The position numbers and the translations under genes were made by a program. The notes beneath the pieces are model-generated. The model ran no database searches, was not told where the DNA came from, and was given only the letters and a program-made list of their open reading frames with translations. A stretch of DNA of 64,000 nt from Glycera tridactyla (lineage: Eukaryota), in contig OZ286463.1 of the NCBI GenBank assembly GCA_965644265.1, positions 68,634,001 through 68,698,000 of the forward strand, given 5' to 3'. This document shows, one piece after another, positions 36,032 through 49,900 of this stretch; positions within the stretch are counted from its first letter, which is position 1; each line of letters starts with the position of its first letter.

Positions 36032-38458
36032 ATAGGATGGTCTCTTGTCACTGATTTCATTGTGTTCTCACACATTGATTCATACAATTAAACGTGCAAT
36101 CAGACCACAGACACATCAACAAAACGGGTCTTTCAAAAGAGGTGGTCTCATATTTGAGATATATCGGACATTTCAGCAACATCTGTATTCAGCAACCACC
36201 TGTATCAAGCAGCCACTTCTCAATATCCCACCAGAGTAATTATCACTGTAATCTACCTGTATCAAGCATCCACTTTTCCATTTCCCAAGGGTGATTGCTG
36301 AAACAGCTTATATTGAATATCAAATAGGGATGACACATTTTGAGAATGGTCACTTGTGGGATGTTGTCTCTCTAGGTCTCACTAAAATATTGAACCTACC
36401 AAAAGCATGATTCACCCTATGGGGAACTGGGTTAACCCTAACCAATGGCACATCAGACATACACTAAACTTCTATTCTTTTTTCTAATGAAATTTACTTT
36501 GTTCAAATTATCCGAGTATCTCCTGGTCCACTGTACTGAGCTGCTCTGGCACCCTTGACCATAGATGATTAATATCTGAGGCCAGATTCTGGCCACTTTG
36601 AGCCCTCAAATTTTGCTTGGAACTCTGAAATCTTATGTCTGCACATGAGATTCACTCAATTGTGTGATCCTCCAGTTTTGTATAAAAACGAAATGGACAA
36701 AATCTTCAACTGATTAACACTTAATCTACACAAGTTGCACAAAATGGAAGGATCACAGAATGATTCAAACTACTCATATTTGGTTTCCTATGAGAGTATT
36801 GAAAAAATTGAACTCATATTGTGAGCACTCCAGCATGTAGTGTATATCAGGGTGAAGAAAACATGGGAAATTTCTCATCAGCGGATGACATATACGGGGT
36901 GAGACAGGCAGAACCTATGGCCATGACTGTCAGGTGCCGGGTGCTTGTGAGTGTAGCCTCGTTCTCGCTTCCAACGATATATTAAAGAGACGATATTACG
37001 AATCCCCTATACTCTGCCCACACTCTCTCAAATAACCACACTTAGACAAACAGACACAGTCTCACATACACACACAGAAACATACACCCCAAAAAACAAA
37101 CCACAAATACACCTACGTTCGAACAAACTCCCACTCAATAACACAAAACATCGGTCAGACATAAATGCCTGAGAATGTCCATCTCAAAATCCTTGGTGTC
37201 ATATGAGGCGACACGCTCGAATCCATATAAGACATCCTGCCTCTCGATCACATGATCCGGGATGTCAGTCGTCATCTCGGCTATGTTGGATGGGATTTTG
37301 GCAAGTCAGATTGTGTCATCGTGTGGGAGAGTTTTTTTTTCTGAATGACATTACTGAATCGTCACCGAATTGATCACTTGATTATTGGATATTCGAATTA
37401 GCGAAGTGTCACATTCTTGATAGCTCTGATCTCTTTGGTTCCACAGTTCCTGCCACAAAGACTTCTGTCTGTCTATCTGTCTGTTTGTCTGTTTGACTTT
37501 CTGCCTGCCTGCCTGCCTGCCTGTCTGTACGTTTGGCTCATCTGCCCATCTTTCTGTATGCCAATTCTGCTTTTTTTATAGATCTTAAAGGATCAATGAA
37601 TCGAATAATTAACCAACCAACTAATCAACCAAGAGATCAATCGAACTATGAATCGACATAAAAACTAGATCGAACGAGTATCCAACTGATGGCAGTTCAG
37701 CTATCCTCATTCCATTCATTCAATTATTCGATCAATCGATCATTTGCTCAATCTCCAAATCCACCCATACATCCAATCCCCATTCGGTCTTGTCGATTCC
37801 TCTACCTGTCGGCCGGTTTGTCCGTCCATCTGTCTGTATGTCCATCTGTGGGTCGGTTTGTCCGTCTGTCTGTATGACTGTCTTTCTCTCCCACCCTCCT
37901 CACCTCTCTCTGTTTCTGTCTGTCTGTCGGTTTCCGTTTGTCTGTTTGGCTCTGTATCTCTCTCCCCTCCTCTCTTCCTTTCTCTCTCTCACGCTCTGCA
38001 TGGCATACGTGACAAAAGGGCTGACATCAAAGCTGTGCCTGCAGTTGGGCGGTGAGAGCAGTAGCTGATGAGAGGTGACATTCAATGTCAATGTCGATGA
38101 ATGTCGATATCACACCAGTATACATTCAGCACCAGGAGGCAAGATGACAACGTGATACATTCAAGATCGATTACCAGTCCGCGTCATCATCACGCCTGAA
38201 AAATAACGGCCAGCCTCATTTAGTTATCTTGCACTTGGCTGGGTATCACAGCGTGTCTGAGTCTATTTGTGCTTCATCTGTGTTCGATGCACTGACATTT
38301 ACATTACTGCTGTCATAACTGAGATCCAGTCCCCCTAGGCTTCCTTGAATGTAGCAATCATGATAAGCATCACTCGACTCGATCGGCTTAATCTCCATGT
38401 GACGCACAACCCCTCATATGTCCTCCCACGCAAACATATGCACACACAGATAATTGAA

Positions 38459-38484
38459 AATACACATACACACACATACACCCA

Positions 38485-38544
<60 letters not shown>

Positions 38545-38555
38545 ACTCACACACA
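38459..38555 (+). repeat. (CA)n microsatellite
   Basis: Direct reading. Confidence 0.95.
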
Positions 38556-41500
38556 TGCACAACATATTCAATGACTCTCCTGAATCATGATATCATTTGC
38601 CGTCTCCTACAGGAGATATTGTACCAAGAGAGGAGAGGCTTTTGCCACTTCACCCAACAACAAAAGCTAATATTTTCCTTCAAACAGTGTCTTCTTCTTT
38701 TGGATTTTCACTGAATAGCAATGGTCTCCCTGATATGTGCATATCGAATTTCTTCCTGATATGCGCATGTCGAATTTGAAGTTCAAAGTGAAGAACTGAC
38801 AGGGCTGGAGGTTGTTGTAGACATTTGAGAGGCTAATTGGACACTCTTTGCCAGAGGCAGTAATCGCAACTAGAACCTTATATGACTATCGGTAAACCAC
38901 AACCTTTACAGAGACATCGACCAGGATCACCCGAACATCAGTAGATAGTTAGCCATCTTGTGCGATGCTAAATCCGATGAGCAGAGGCTTTGTGTTTGTT
39001 CCCACCCGAGGCGAAAGTGGTCAGACTTCGTGAGTAGACAAGGAAATCACTCGTGCCTCACCCTTTGGGGATTTAACTCTCGGAATTTGGAGAAATGTCT
39101 TGTAAACCTGAGTGATCTGAATTTTTGTGTCATAGGTGACATAACGACACAGGAAAGGCTAGTTGAATATATGCCCTGCCATTGACTTTATCCTGAACGA
39201 TTATGGAAAGATCACTGCCCCGCAGGTAGCCCAAGCATGTACGCATGATTGATCAATGCCAAGCGCAATCGACATCATCAATAACGTCGAATTCAAATGT
39301 GATGAACATGTTCCGTAGGTTACTTACGTAATTTCTGTTCCAACCAGAGATTTCATGGAATGAACGGATGGTGTTGAAATTCTGACGATCATTGCAAATG
39401 CCTTTGAATGCCACCGTTCTTCAGCTTCGAATTCAGCCTGTGGTGTGAGGTTCAGGATTTTGTGATTTGGTGAAAAACTGAGAAGCATATGTGTTCTCCT
39501 CCGTCTGTGAATGACAGTTCTCCTGATGAAGAGCTTAATGATTTCCTGTGCAGAGCGTGGCCGGGTACACTGAATATCTAGTCTCTGTCAATTAAAAGGT
39601 GACTGCAGGTGTGGATTTCACCAGTATGTTTACTACATCCGACAAGTTGCCTTTTGTGTCAGGGGCAGATTGTGCATACCGTAGTGCTTAACAAATGTCC
39701 TGCCGAGCCAGTTGTTAAATTCTTAACTGTTCACCCCAGATAGCTGGCAAAACTGGAGAGGAACGTCATCAGCATGAGTTCATTTGTTTCAGATGCTGCC
39801 TGTCTCATCGTCAGAACAAAAATACTGTAATGAGACAATTTTCAGAAGTCGATGTGAGATATATATTCATTCCAATCTATAGATTTTCCAACGAATCGAA
39901 ATTAGTCTTCATACATATCACACCATCAGATCCTTGGTGGAGAAATCATGAAATATAGGTCCTACTGATATTAACTCCCATCCTATGATTGGCAATCAGG
40001 AATCATTGTTTATTGCTTGGATCGCTTCCCGATTGGGCAGCGGGTTCAGCATAACGAGTACACCCATAAAGCGTAGCATAGTGCACACAAAAGCAGTCAG
40101 CCAACATAAGACCACACAAGTGAGCACCACCTTGATGTACTAATGGTCCATGATATTGTGATGAAAGCAGTGCAGACTTGAAAGTCTGATTGGACTGCAA
40201 CACATGTTTTTGGATATGTCACACACAAGTTTATCACTTTTTTGTAACATGGGTGGATCTATGTCTGAGTTGGCAGCTACTTCCTCTCGACAATTGTTCT
40301 GGCTGTGCTTCATATCAAGTTGGTCATGCATGTCAGTGATGATTGCAGAGAACAAAGCATCCAACCCTCATATTCTAAGAGCACATAGATTCATACATGC
40401 TGATATGCTCCGACCGTCCAACCCAGTAATCTAGTGATAGCGGATCTTGTTCAGACATGACAACATTCGCATGTAGCACGCATGCAGAAATGGAAGCGAC
40501 CTGTGTTGTGCATGTCCTCACCAGAGGCACTTGATATAAGCTTACATAGCCGTGAGGCGGCTATAGACCCCCGTGATGTCATCAGGTATGCCTCATGTCT
40601 TCAATCCTTTATCTCATCTACGTATCAGTTGAGCAGTTCGCCTGACGTGAGTGTTGGATCTTCTGATGTAAAACTAGGATTGATCTTATGAGATGGACGT
40701 TAGACACGCTCAACGAGCGAGTGAAGGTGTCTGTCTCATCCTCTGATTGGATTAGTTAGTCGAGAAATTCTGACGACTGACGACATAGACAAGACACGGA
40801 TGACGGAGAGCTTCAGAGCCTACGATAACTAATGTGCCAATGATGAAGCAAATGATGTATCACTGATGCAGATCTGTTATGTTTCTGACATGCGCCATCG
40901 TTAAGGTTCTATTCGCTAACCTACCTCCTTCTCTTGCGACTGAAGCAAATGAGTGTTCTTCAATTTTGAATGAACCATGAGCAGTTCACCTGTATTTGCC
41001 ATTGCCTGCAGGGCTGGAAGGGGTGAATATCCCTACTTACCTCAAGCAAGAACTGGAGGATGCTGTCCGTAGAATAAACTTGTTGTTTAGGTTTGTCGTG
41101 ATGGTATTGTTGTTGTTGTTGTCGGTGGTTTCTCAATAGGAATTATCTATTTGCAAAAGAAAAGGAAATGCAAGAGGCGTGTTTGGTGTTTTCCGTTGGC
41201 AACACTCCTGAATAAGAGCGAAATCCTAGTGATAGAATGAAGACATTGCAGGAGATGCAGGGCATGATTACTGGAACAGGATGACTCTGGATTACAACAC
41301 GTAAATCAATTAGGTGAGTCGGTGGAAAGAGATGTCAGCACCTCAGATTTATGACGACAGTCATTCGATCAAAGTCGGCAGTGATGCAGCATAATGCAAT
41401 CAGGCAGCCAGGCTTGGATTTTTCATTGCTGTAATCGTTATCAGGCATGCGCCATGGGTATGCTGCATCTCATCCGAGATGATGAGTGCTGTCTCGTATT

Positions 41501-42299
41501 TTCGGCGTCACTGAGATCACACCGTATTCAATTCAGGTTAAACAGGACAAATTAGGATACGAATATCTTCGTGATCCCCAGAATACTGAAGACCAGGCTT
41601 GGTAAAGAAGTGGACATTCATATGCGATTCAGGACATGAGATGTCCCATAATTTTTGGTACCCTGGCTCTTTTACCGCCATGAATTCTCCCGTGGTCCAT
41701 TGTTGGAATTCATTCCACCTGATCCTTGTCTATGAATCAGGATACATCTGGTATTTAGACTGAATTGGAGTAGGCTTTGGAGAGGCCTTTTAGCTGTATA
41801 CTCTTTCACACAATTCCAGTTCTCTCATGCCATTTCGATGCAATACAGCACGGCACCAATATACTGTTCTATCCAATATCCATTGTAACAGAGCCAGACA
41901 TCTATGTGGAGAGAACTGGCCAGAATCACTCCATCCAATTGTGAGGGTGTATGTAGACAATAGTCTAGTTTATAGAGGACATAGTCCACTCTGATCTGGG
42001 TTGAATACCATAAGAAGTCTGAAACGTCGGGGGTCAGACAGAGGATGTGACTGCCGGAGGATGTGATTGACATGCAAGAATGGGAGTGCAGCAACAGCCC
42101 CATAAGCCTGCAGATATCCTGAATAATTCTCCCCCATGAGCGGCCATCTCATGAGTTATAGATGAATGTCCATTTTGTTATCGCCGCACACATGAATGCT
42201 GAATGTATTCAACTATGATATTCACTCTCAATAATGCATGATCCAATCAACGATTTCTCCGCATTTCAGAGAAGAACGCAGCAACATAGATAGACTGGG

Positions 42300-43280
42300 C
42301 TATGGAGGGGATCAAGTGGAGCCCGTTTGCAGTTTGGGTCAAGGCTCAGCTTCAGTCAAGATATGATCCATCGTTCATCCTAAGCTTTTCATTTCCCTGA
42401 AAATGCTCGTTGATGCTGGATAAGCTACAATATGAAATGTATGGATAGAGTTTAGAATGATGATTGCCTCCAGATCTCTCAGAATTGACCAGCCAGGAGG
42501 AGGTTGAAGTCTGATTCGAACACTCCATGAGGCATCTGGATTTGGTAAATTCTAAACGTTCCTTCTTCCTGTATGGATCAACACTGACAGTTCGGCACCG
42601 GATCGAGAGCCACTTGTTACTATCAACTAATGATATTTCACAGTCATTCATAAGCCAAGTGAACTTTTCCAAACCATGGCTAATCGGGCAGCAGACTATG
42701 TTTGCCACATCTCTCACAGGTAATCCAGCAGCACCAAAAATTGGAATTCGATAAGTCCTGTTCATAATGAGGCTACCTAGGTCAGTGTATTCCCCATACG
42801 TCAGACCAAAGTGACATCTTCGCAGCACATGGTAACACACATAGATATCCGTAATATTGATGGTCAATTGCAAACAGGCAATCAAACCGTGCATGTAAGG
42901 CTGAAATGGTCTGGAAGTAAGGGACCCATTATGAAGGCAACAAGAATCAAAGATGAGTGCAGTGAGTATATTTCTATTACATTAAACTTCAATCCCCGTG
43001 TTTCGCTCTTGCAGGCCAATTGTGGGAATTGAAACATATTAAACTGCCCCATCATCCGATGCGAGACACATCCTGCCAAAAGAGCGCCAAGGCGCATATT
43101 GGAGAATCAGCTTGATCAGTCTTCTCAAACAACTGCATTTCTACACATCCAAATATGTTCACAATGAAGCTGCTTCACCTGCAAACTGAGACACGCTGTC
43201 AATGGACGAACATTTTGAGGACTCTGTCACGAGAGAACGTGTACTGTGTCGAATCCTTTGCAGATGGGGAATAAAACAAG
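42300..43280 (-). mobile_element. Heavily decayed non-LTR retrotransposon RT region
   Basis: Ordered remnants KGFDTVH (about 43240-43260), ASDD (about 43050), GLKFNV..Y.LH (about 42980), EYTDLGSLI (about 42780) and DPYRKK..LE. Confidence 0.5.
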
Positions 43281-44618
43281 TAGTTTCTGTATTATCACAC
43301 CCCTTGTAAGCGATATTTCCAATCAGTCAAAGAATGCCAAATATTGGCCACACACAACTCACATATAGAATAGATACATGTGAGACGAAGATCATTTCAC
43401 ATTCAAACAATGTTCAAAAACACGCTCAGATGCTGCAAATTTTGCAAAGCACAGATGTGTTGATGATGGCATGAGAGAATTTAAGAACAAGTTATCCAGG
43501 AAGAATATCGCATTCAGCCCTTTTTGAATGAATTTCAACATGACTCTACTTCAACTTCAGTCAGGTGTGAATGGCCGATAGACAGTGACACTTTTCACTA
43601 TCTACAATGCATGCTTAAATCACATCATATTTGGTGTATATCGAGGCTGAAATTCAAACCATTTTGTATCGATACATGAATTTGTGTCTCAACCATCTAA
43701 TTCCTCGATAATTCACCTGCTACCATCAGTCCATGAGCAGGGTCGTGAATGGGTTTCTCCCAAAGCCTCATCCTATATCCATCACAATATGGTTCATACG
43801 GGTCTGAACGAGCAGAAAATCACAAACAAGCGAAACGCTGCACTCGAGCAGGTCGCTCTGTGCAAAGTCTGCATTAAATAGAGCATAGCTCAGTAATCTT
43901 TCATCACTCACAGTGACACAAAGATGAAATAGATTGCCACTAATCCGACAGATATGCAAATGATATCCCTTTATCGTTATTGTTGGATAGGAAATTCACC
44001 CAGCCGAGAATCACGTGTGTAACAGCTGTACCAAAATAAATCAATAGGCCCTGTACACATTACGGTGATGAAAACAATGGCGCATTGTGGTACAGGCGAT
44101 GTTCAAGACCGGCTATGGACATGTAATACAGTCTTGTTAATCAACCGATAGGATCGATACAATAACACCGTAGATATTAGATCAAGGAATCATCACAGTA
44201 GGCCCTGGGAGCCATCTCATTCATTAGTAATGACGATATTCAAATTGTTCAAGTTGATAAGGATTATCACTATGATTGACTTCCCGGAAATGAGGAAGTT
44301 TCTTCTTGGCTATGGCTGCTTGTCAGCTGTTAACCAGAGCCCACGATACTAAGGGAGTTGCCGAGCCTCAAACCCGACGATACAATGGCATGCTGTTATA
44401 AATTCAAATGAACACACCTTCATCGCACCCATGTCATGCATATTACAATAACTATTTGTGTTAGGCTCCCTATTATGGATCCTAAGACACTTTTTTATTC
44501 GGCCATATTCATTGTTCAGTCTCTCGTGTGATCGTGATCGTGAGTGTGTATGTGTGTGAGTGAGTTGGGCGGGGATTGAAATCTCCACACCCACCATCAG
44601 AAAAAAATCCACACCTTT

Positions 44619-45022
44619 ACTGGAATCCCCGATTGGTATGATGTATTGTAGTTGAAAGGAAATGTCTCAGTGTGTGGATATTGCGGTGTCGGACAGAGAG
44701 ACGGAAAGGAGGAGAGAGCGAGAGCAAGAAAGGGAGAAAGAGAGAAAGAGAGAGAGAGGGGGAGGGAGAGAGAGAGAGGGGGAGAGAAGGAGAGAGAGAG
44801 AGAGAGAGAGAGGGGCGGAGAGAGATTTCGATGGTGATCCTGAGGGCCTTTCGATCGATAATCTTGGATCCTATAATTGATGGTTCGGGAACAAACTCGT
44901 TTTGAGCAAGACTGGAATCCCCGATTGGTATGATGTATCGTAGTTGGAAGGAAATGTCTCAGTGTGTGGATGTCGCGGTGTCGGACAGAGAGACGGAAAG
45001 GAGGAGAGAGCGAGAGCAAGAA

Positions 45023-45054
<32 letters not shown>

Positions 45055-45120
45055 GGGGGAGGGAGAGAGAGAGAGAGGGGAGAGAGAAGGAGAGAGAGGG
45101 CGAGAGAGTGAGAGAGAGTA
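44619..45120 (+). repeat. Local tandem duplication with a 292-bp period and AG-rich arrays
   Basis: actggaatccccgattggtatgatgtat...gcgagagcaagaaag at 44619 and again at 44911, each followed by (GA)-rich sequence. Confidence 0.9.
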
Positions 45121-46447
45121 AGGGATACTTGAGGTGAGAGGTTACATGCGAACAGGGCTATTAAGTTTGATTCAGAAGGATTGAACAAGTAGACCCTATT
45201 ACCAGCCTGGCCTCTCAATTACGACGAGTGCCAGTCTCTCATACCTGATCACAAGCACGTGCAGTCACGCCGCCACCCCTAGCAACTGGCAGCAGTCAAT
45301 TATATGGCCACAAGACACAACCCAGGATTTTTCTCATCTCCAATGGGCAATATTGACTGGAATGAGATGACCAGCTTAATGCTTACACGTGGTTGATATT
45401 TAGTATTCTGCCGAATTTAAGACAGCTTATGATTTGGAACTTCTCAGCCAGCTTGCAGTGAATGGTTGGTGTTGAAAAGAGAATGTGGTGTAACAGTATT
45501 GAGGAAGTGGATGCATAATCCTCGTAGGAGGTGTGAGGGAAATGAATATAAACAATGCGGATGGGAAGATTTGATGGAATGGGAGGAATGATTATGAATT
45601 GCAAGCTCAGTAGGAGAATCACGATATTACAGAATGAAATGAATGAACTGACCATGGGTATCAGAGTTAGGTCAGGCCTTCAAGCAATCTCGCCGACCAT
45701 TGCATGTGACTTGTCACCCAAATCGTTATCTAGTTGACTCGCAACACAGCAGTTAACTCACCACACAGAAATGAATGGCCCATTCTAACCTGCCAACTAT
45801 GTGCACTGGGGGAGTGGTAAAGCTGAAGAATCACGTAGGAGCTCTTCATCTCGAGTAAGCCAGCGATATTACAGAGGGAAAGCACGAGAGCCAATACGGC
45901 GATATCCAAGAAAGAAGAGAATGTCATGAGGTATTCACCATTTTCAGACAATTTCAATCTCCTCATTCATAAGTTCAGAAGATGAATTGTGATGGGATGC
46001 AGGGGCCACGCAAAGTAAAGCCACTCAGTGGCTATACAAACCCCCACTCAGCTCACTTTGAGTTACTCGAGAATGTAATTGACTCGGGATAACCAACATA
46101 GAGGCAGGACCTGATGCCAATTTGTGAGATTACTGCTTCAGCATTTCGCCTGACTCTAGGATGGAATTGTCTGAGGAGAACTAACATACAGGCCGGATCC
46201 GATGCCATTTGTTGGATTACTATATCCGCTTGCCTTGGACCTCCTACCTCACTCATTTGGTTTGCTTCGACCAGGTGGATGCAATGGTTTAATACTGGAC
46301 CATCACTATTTCCTATTCATGCTCAGATCAGTTCTCAGACATGAGGCTCTCGCAGTGAGATGCGTTTCTATCGCTTATGTTCTCAACAGAAATGACAGCT
46401 TGAGTGCCAGTGAAATTCATAATTTTTTACCATCCAATGAGTACTCT

Positions 46448-46540
46448 GGAGGAGGAGTAGTGAATGATCCAATCAATTCCCATTGCATGGGCGTCACAAT
46501 ATAGCACATATACCGCTGATGTGACTGAACCAGAACTCAC
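46448..46540 (+). mobile_element. SINE-like family A, copy 3 (partial)
   Basis: cccattgcatgggcgtcacaatatagc is identical to copy 2. Confidence 0.65.
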
Positions 46541-46668
46541 CAGTCGCCACCTGATGACACTTTTTTTTATATTCTGAACAATTTCTTGTTTGATTTATCT
46601 GCCGACCATTGAATGGACGGTGGCTTAGAGTGAAGAAAATTCGATCGAGTGACCAATGAGTTACTCAC

Positions 46669-46910
46669 CTGTTCCACAACAAAGATGGTGTATTGAAGCT
46701 GTTGTCTCTGTAGCATGGGATGAAGATGGGCGAGCAGGATGATGAGATGATGTTCACGGTCCCGATATGGAATGATAACAGCGACCCGATGTCGGGCCCG
46801 GCAGTCACTAGGCTGCCACGTACCACCGGAGTTGACGTAAGGGTTGTCGGCCACGATGCCCGCCTCCGTCACGTTATGCGTGTGGTTGACGTTCGTAAAT
46901 ACCCGGCCCA
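46669..46910 (-). CDS. B4GALT: GT7 transferase exon (stem end plus catalytic N-part: GRVFTN...GGTWQPSDCRARHRVAVIIPYRDR...QYTIFVVEQ)
   Basis: tttgtag| acceptor (phase 1), CAG|GTGAGT donor (phase 0), 242 nt; GGxWxPxxC, VAxIIPYRDR and LHPxLQRQQL motifs. The symbol is family-level; orthology was not established. Confidence 0.96.
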
Positions 46911-49900
46911 CTACAAACATACAAGACATGGAAAAGATTAAGCATCCGGAAAATCATTGTCATTCTCATCCTATTCAGAATTCGGCATCCCGTTCAACAG
47001 AATAAAAAATGAATTGGTCAGTTTTGGCATCCTGTTTCACTGAATGAAAGAATTTGAATGGTAAATCTCTACGCATTGGTATGGAAGGTACCATTGCATT
47101 GATAAGAGAGCAAAACGAATTCCCTACCAGCATAGCAATCATACTCCTACAATTCGAAAAGAGATGAGGCGGGATGTTTCTTGCGATAGTCTTGGAACGA
47201 CATTTATCAAAGTTGCAGCTAGGGATTTTTGAGTTACCAGAATGTGCCTACGAGCACCGAAGAGGACTAGCGTCATCCTTGCTCAACAGAGAACCCTGCC
47301 TATATCTGGATTCAGATATTTCCCTTTCATTGAGATAAGACCTCGACCATACTTTGGTTGGATAGAATGTAATGAATTCTATCCATCCATGTGATTATGG
47401 ATGTCATGGATATTTTCTTCTTGAAAACATCTCTCTCGCATTCCCTGCGCACAAGTTGATTGGGAGCCAGTCGGGTAATCAGGTGGCCGGAAGTAGATGT
47501 CGATTGCGCCTCAACCAAGAGAACATGAAAAAACACGATAAAACCCATATGTTGTATACTCATCTCATTGACTGAAAGCTGACACCGGTCTTCCAGAAAA
47601 CATGTCAATCAATGCTATGCGTGGGACTAGCATAATATCCCTGTCCCATTGACGATAACAGGGCAAGCGAAAGAGAACGGGAAAGGGGAGAGAAAAGTGT
47701 TAAGGGAGTGAATAGAGAAAGAGGGTTGGATTGATAATGTTTTCTTTATGTTGGCATCAACGTCGCATGGCTGTGGGTGAATCAGTGCGTTCGTTTGAAG
47801 ACGGGCCTGTGACATTTATTGGGGCAGTCGCTCAATCTATGCCCAGTGGATGGGAGAGATGAGTCCGGTAATGCACCTTAAATTGATTGAAATTAGGGGC
47901 AGTGTGATGGATGACTGATAGATGCGTGTTCTGGTGGTCACGGTCAGCTGTCTTCGACGCCGACAAACAGATAAAACTGTCTCTGTGATTCAGAACAGGC
48001 ACGGACTCGGTACGCATTTCCGCCCAGTTCTCCACCATATTAGCCTACCACACTCATGAATGCCGAACTCCTGACCTGTCTTACCATATCTAACACTCGG
48101 TAGTACGCGAGACCGATATGCGGGTGCAGCAAAATTGTATTGATCTCAATCTTGGTCTCGTATCTTCATCATCAATAGTGATACAAAATTTCGAGCGCAT
48201 GATAATTGGGAAGAGGCTTCAGCCTTTCATCTGTCAACCAGGATGTTGGAGAATTACGATGCGTTCCTCTCACACTTGACGAATACAAATATTCTTTCCC
48301 AATCAATTTAATCACGGCTGCTAACATCGGCCTCGGATCAGCTGGTGTCAGATACTCAATGGTGATATTTAATACAGCGTATTAACAATGATGATCTCGG
48401 GCCACATGCGAAATCCTTGCTTGGTGATTGCAGTATGGGATTAGAATTGGTGTCAAATGTTTGCTGAGAAGTGTCTGCACCAACCTGGAACTAGCTAGTC
48501 TCAAATATGTAGTGATACCAAACATGTGCAGGGTTACTACTGCGATGAACTTGGGCTACTTGGTAAAATGTTCGCTGGGTAATTGCTGCATCGGATGTGG
48601 ATAAGTGTCAAAAGTTTGTTGGGTGGTTTCTACATCGGCCTCGGACTAGCTGGTTCAAACTTTTTGCTGAGTGATTCCTACATTAACCAGGATTACAATT
48701 ATGTCAAATATGTGCAGGGTTACCACTGCAATGACCTCACGCTACTCAATGATAATATGTTTGCCGGGTAATTGCTGCATCCCTTGTGAATAGGTGTTGA
48801 ATGTGATCTGTACATTAGGCTGGAAAAGGCTAGTCTCGAATGTTTGCAGTGTAATCATTCCATCGATCAGAAACTTACCGATGTATAATGCTTGCCTGTG
48901 AGCTACCATGCCAGCTGCGCATCAGATGGAATCAATTGGGTAATTGAGTGGCATCTGTTTAATGCTTGCTCAGTGATATACAGATGAACCATAGATTAAC
49001 TGTTGTCAACTGATGTCACAGATATCTCTACAGTAACCAGTAATTGGTTGCTGTTGAATGCTGACTGGGTAAATTCCACCATCAAACACTCGTAATCGAA
49101 GACAGCATGCAATTCGTCATCTGCTCACATCCACTGACCTACTCGTTTTAGTAGTTCAAACGAGGTGCTGGAAATGAAGTTGTTCATGGTGTCTAATTGT
49201 AACCATCACTTTAGAATAAAGTAGTAAATCACATACATTATATACTACACCCACCAATGGTTGACAGATCACTCCCCACGAGGACTCAAGTACAATGGAT
49301 TCCGGTATGTTCCTTCCGTTCTAATTGTCTGTGTCACTAAAAGTTATTGATCAAATAGGCGTGTGCATAACCGGTGCTGTGGTGGTGTGATTTATTGTAT
49401 TTATCAAGATCCTGAACTCATTGTAGTATACCATCTTGAGGTCATTAGGGCAGACTCCCGAGCAAATGGAATCATATGTTGGCTGGTTCTTTCTCATGGT
49501 TAGCTTTTGAGTGTGATGAAACGTCGACAGCACAGGCCAGTCTGCATCGGGACCGGTGGCCGCTGTAGTGTGCCTGTTGATTGGTGTCGCCTTTGCGTAA
49601 TGGAAACATTAGCCAAATCAGGATAATTGCTTCCGTCGGCTGGTTCCTGTGATGGTTGTTCATCCGCGACAGCGAGAACGAAAATGTCTAGTGTTTTGAT
49701 ACACATCTCTATTGTTAACCGAGACCAGATGTACATGTCTGCTTAAACTTCTACAGGCGATGTACATCGCTCTGTCACATATAAGCGAGCATTGATATCA
49801 ATCGCAGTATTCTTGGAACCTCAGAGACACTGAAGAATCTTTGCCTGTCACCTGAATATAATTTAAGTCCGGCATGCTTGACATGCTTGCTTCTGAAATG

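Noticed and set aside
36429-36438. GGGTTAACCC as piggyBac termini
   Set aside because: No matching partner terminus was found nearby.
49351-49736. Candidate B4GALT stem exon (…CSGVCPNDLKM)
   Set aside because: The donor is phase 0 in the CP frame whereas phase 1 is required, and the phase-1 frame has stops. The plus strand weakly resembles a decayed LINE instead.
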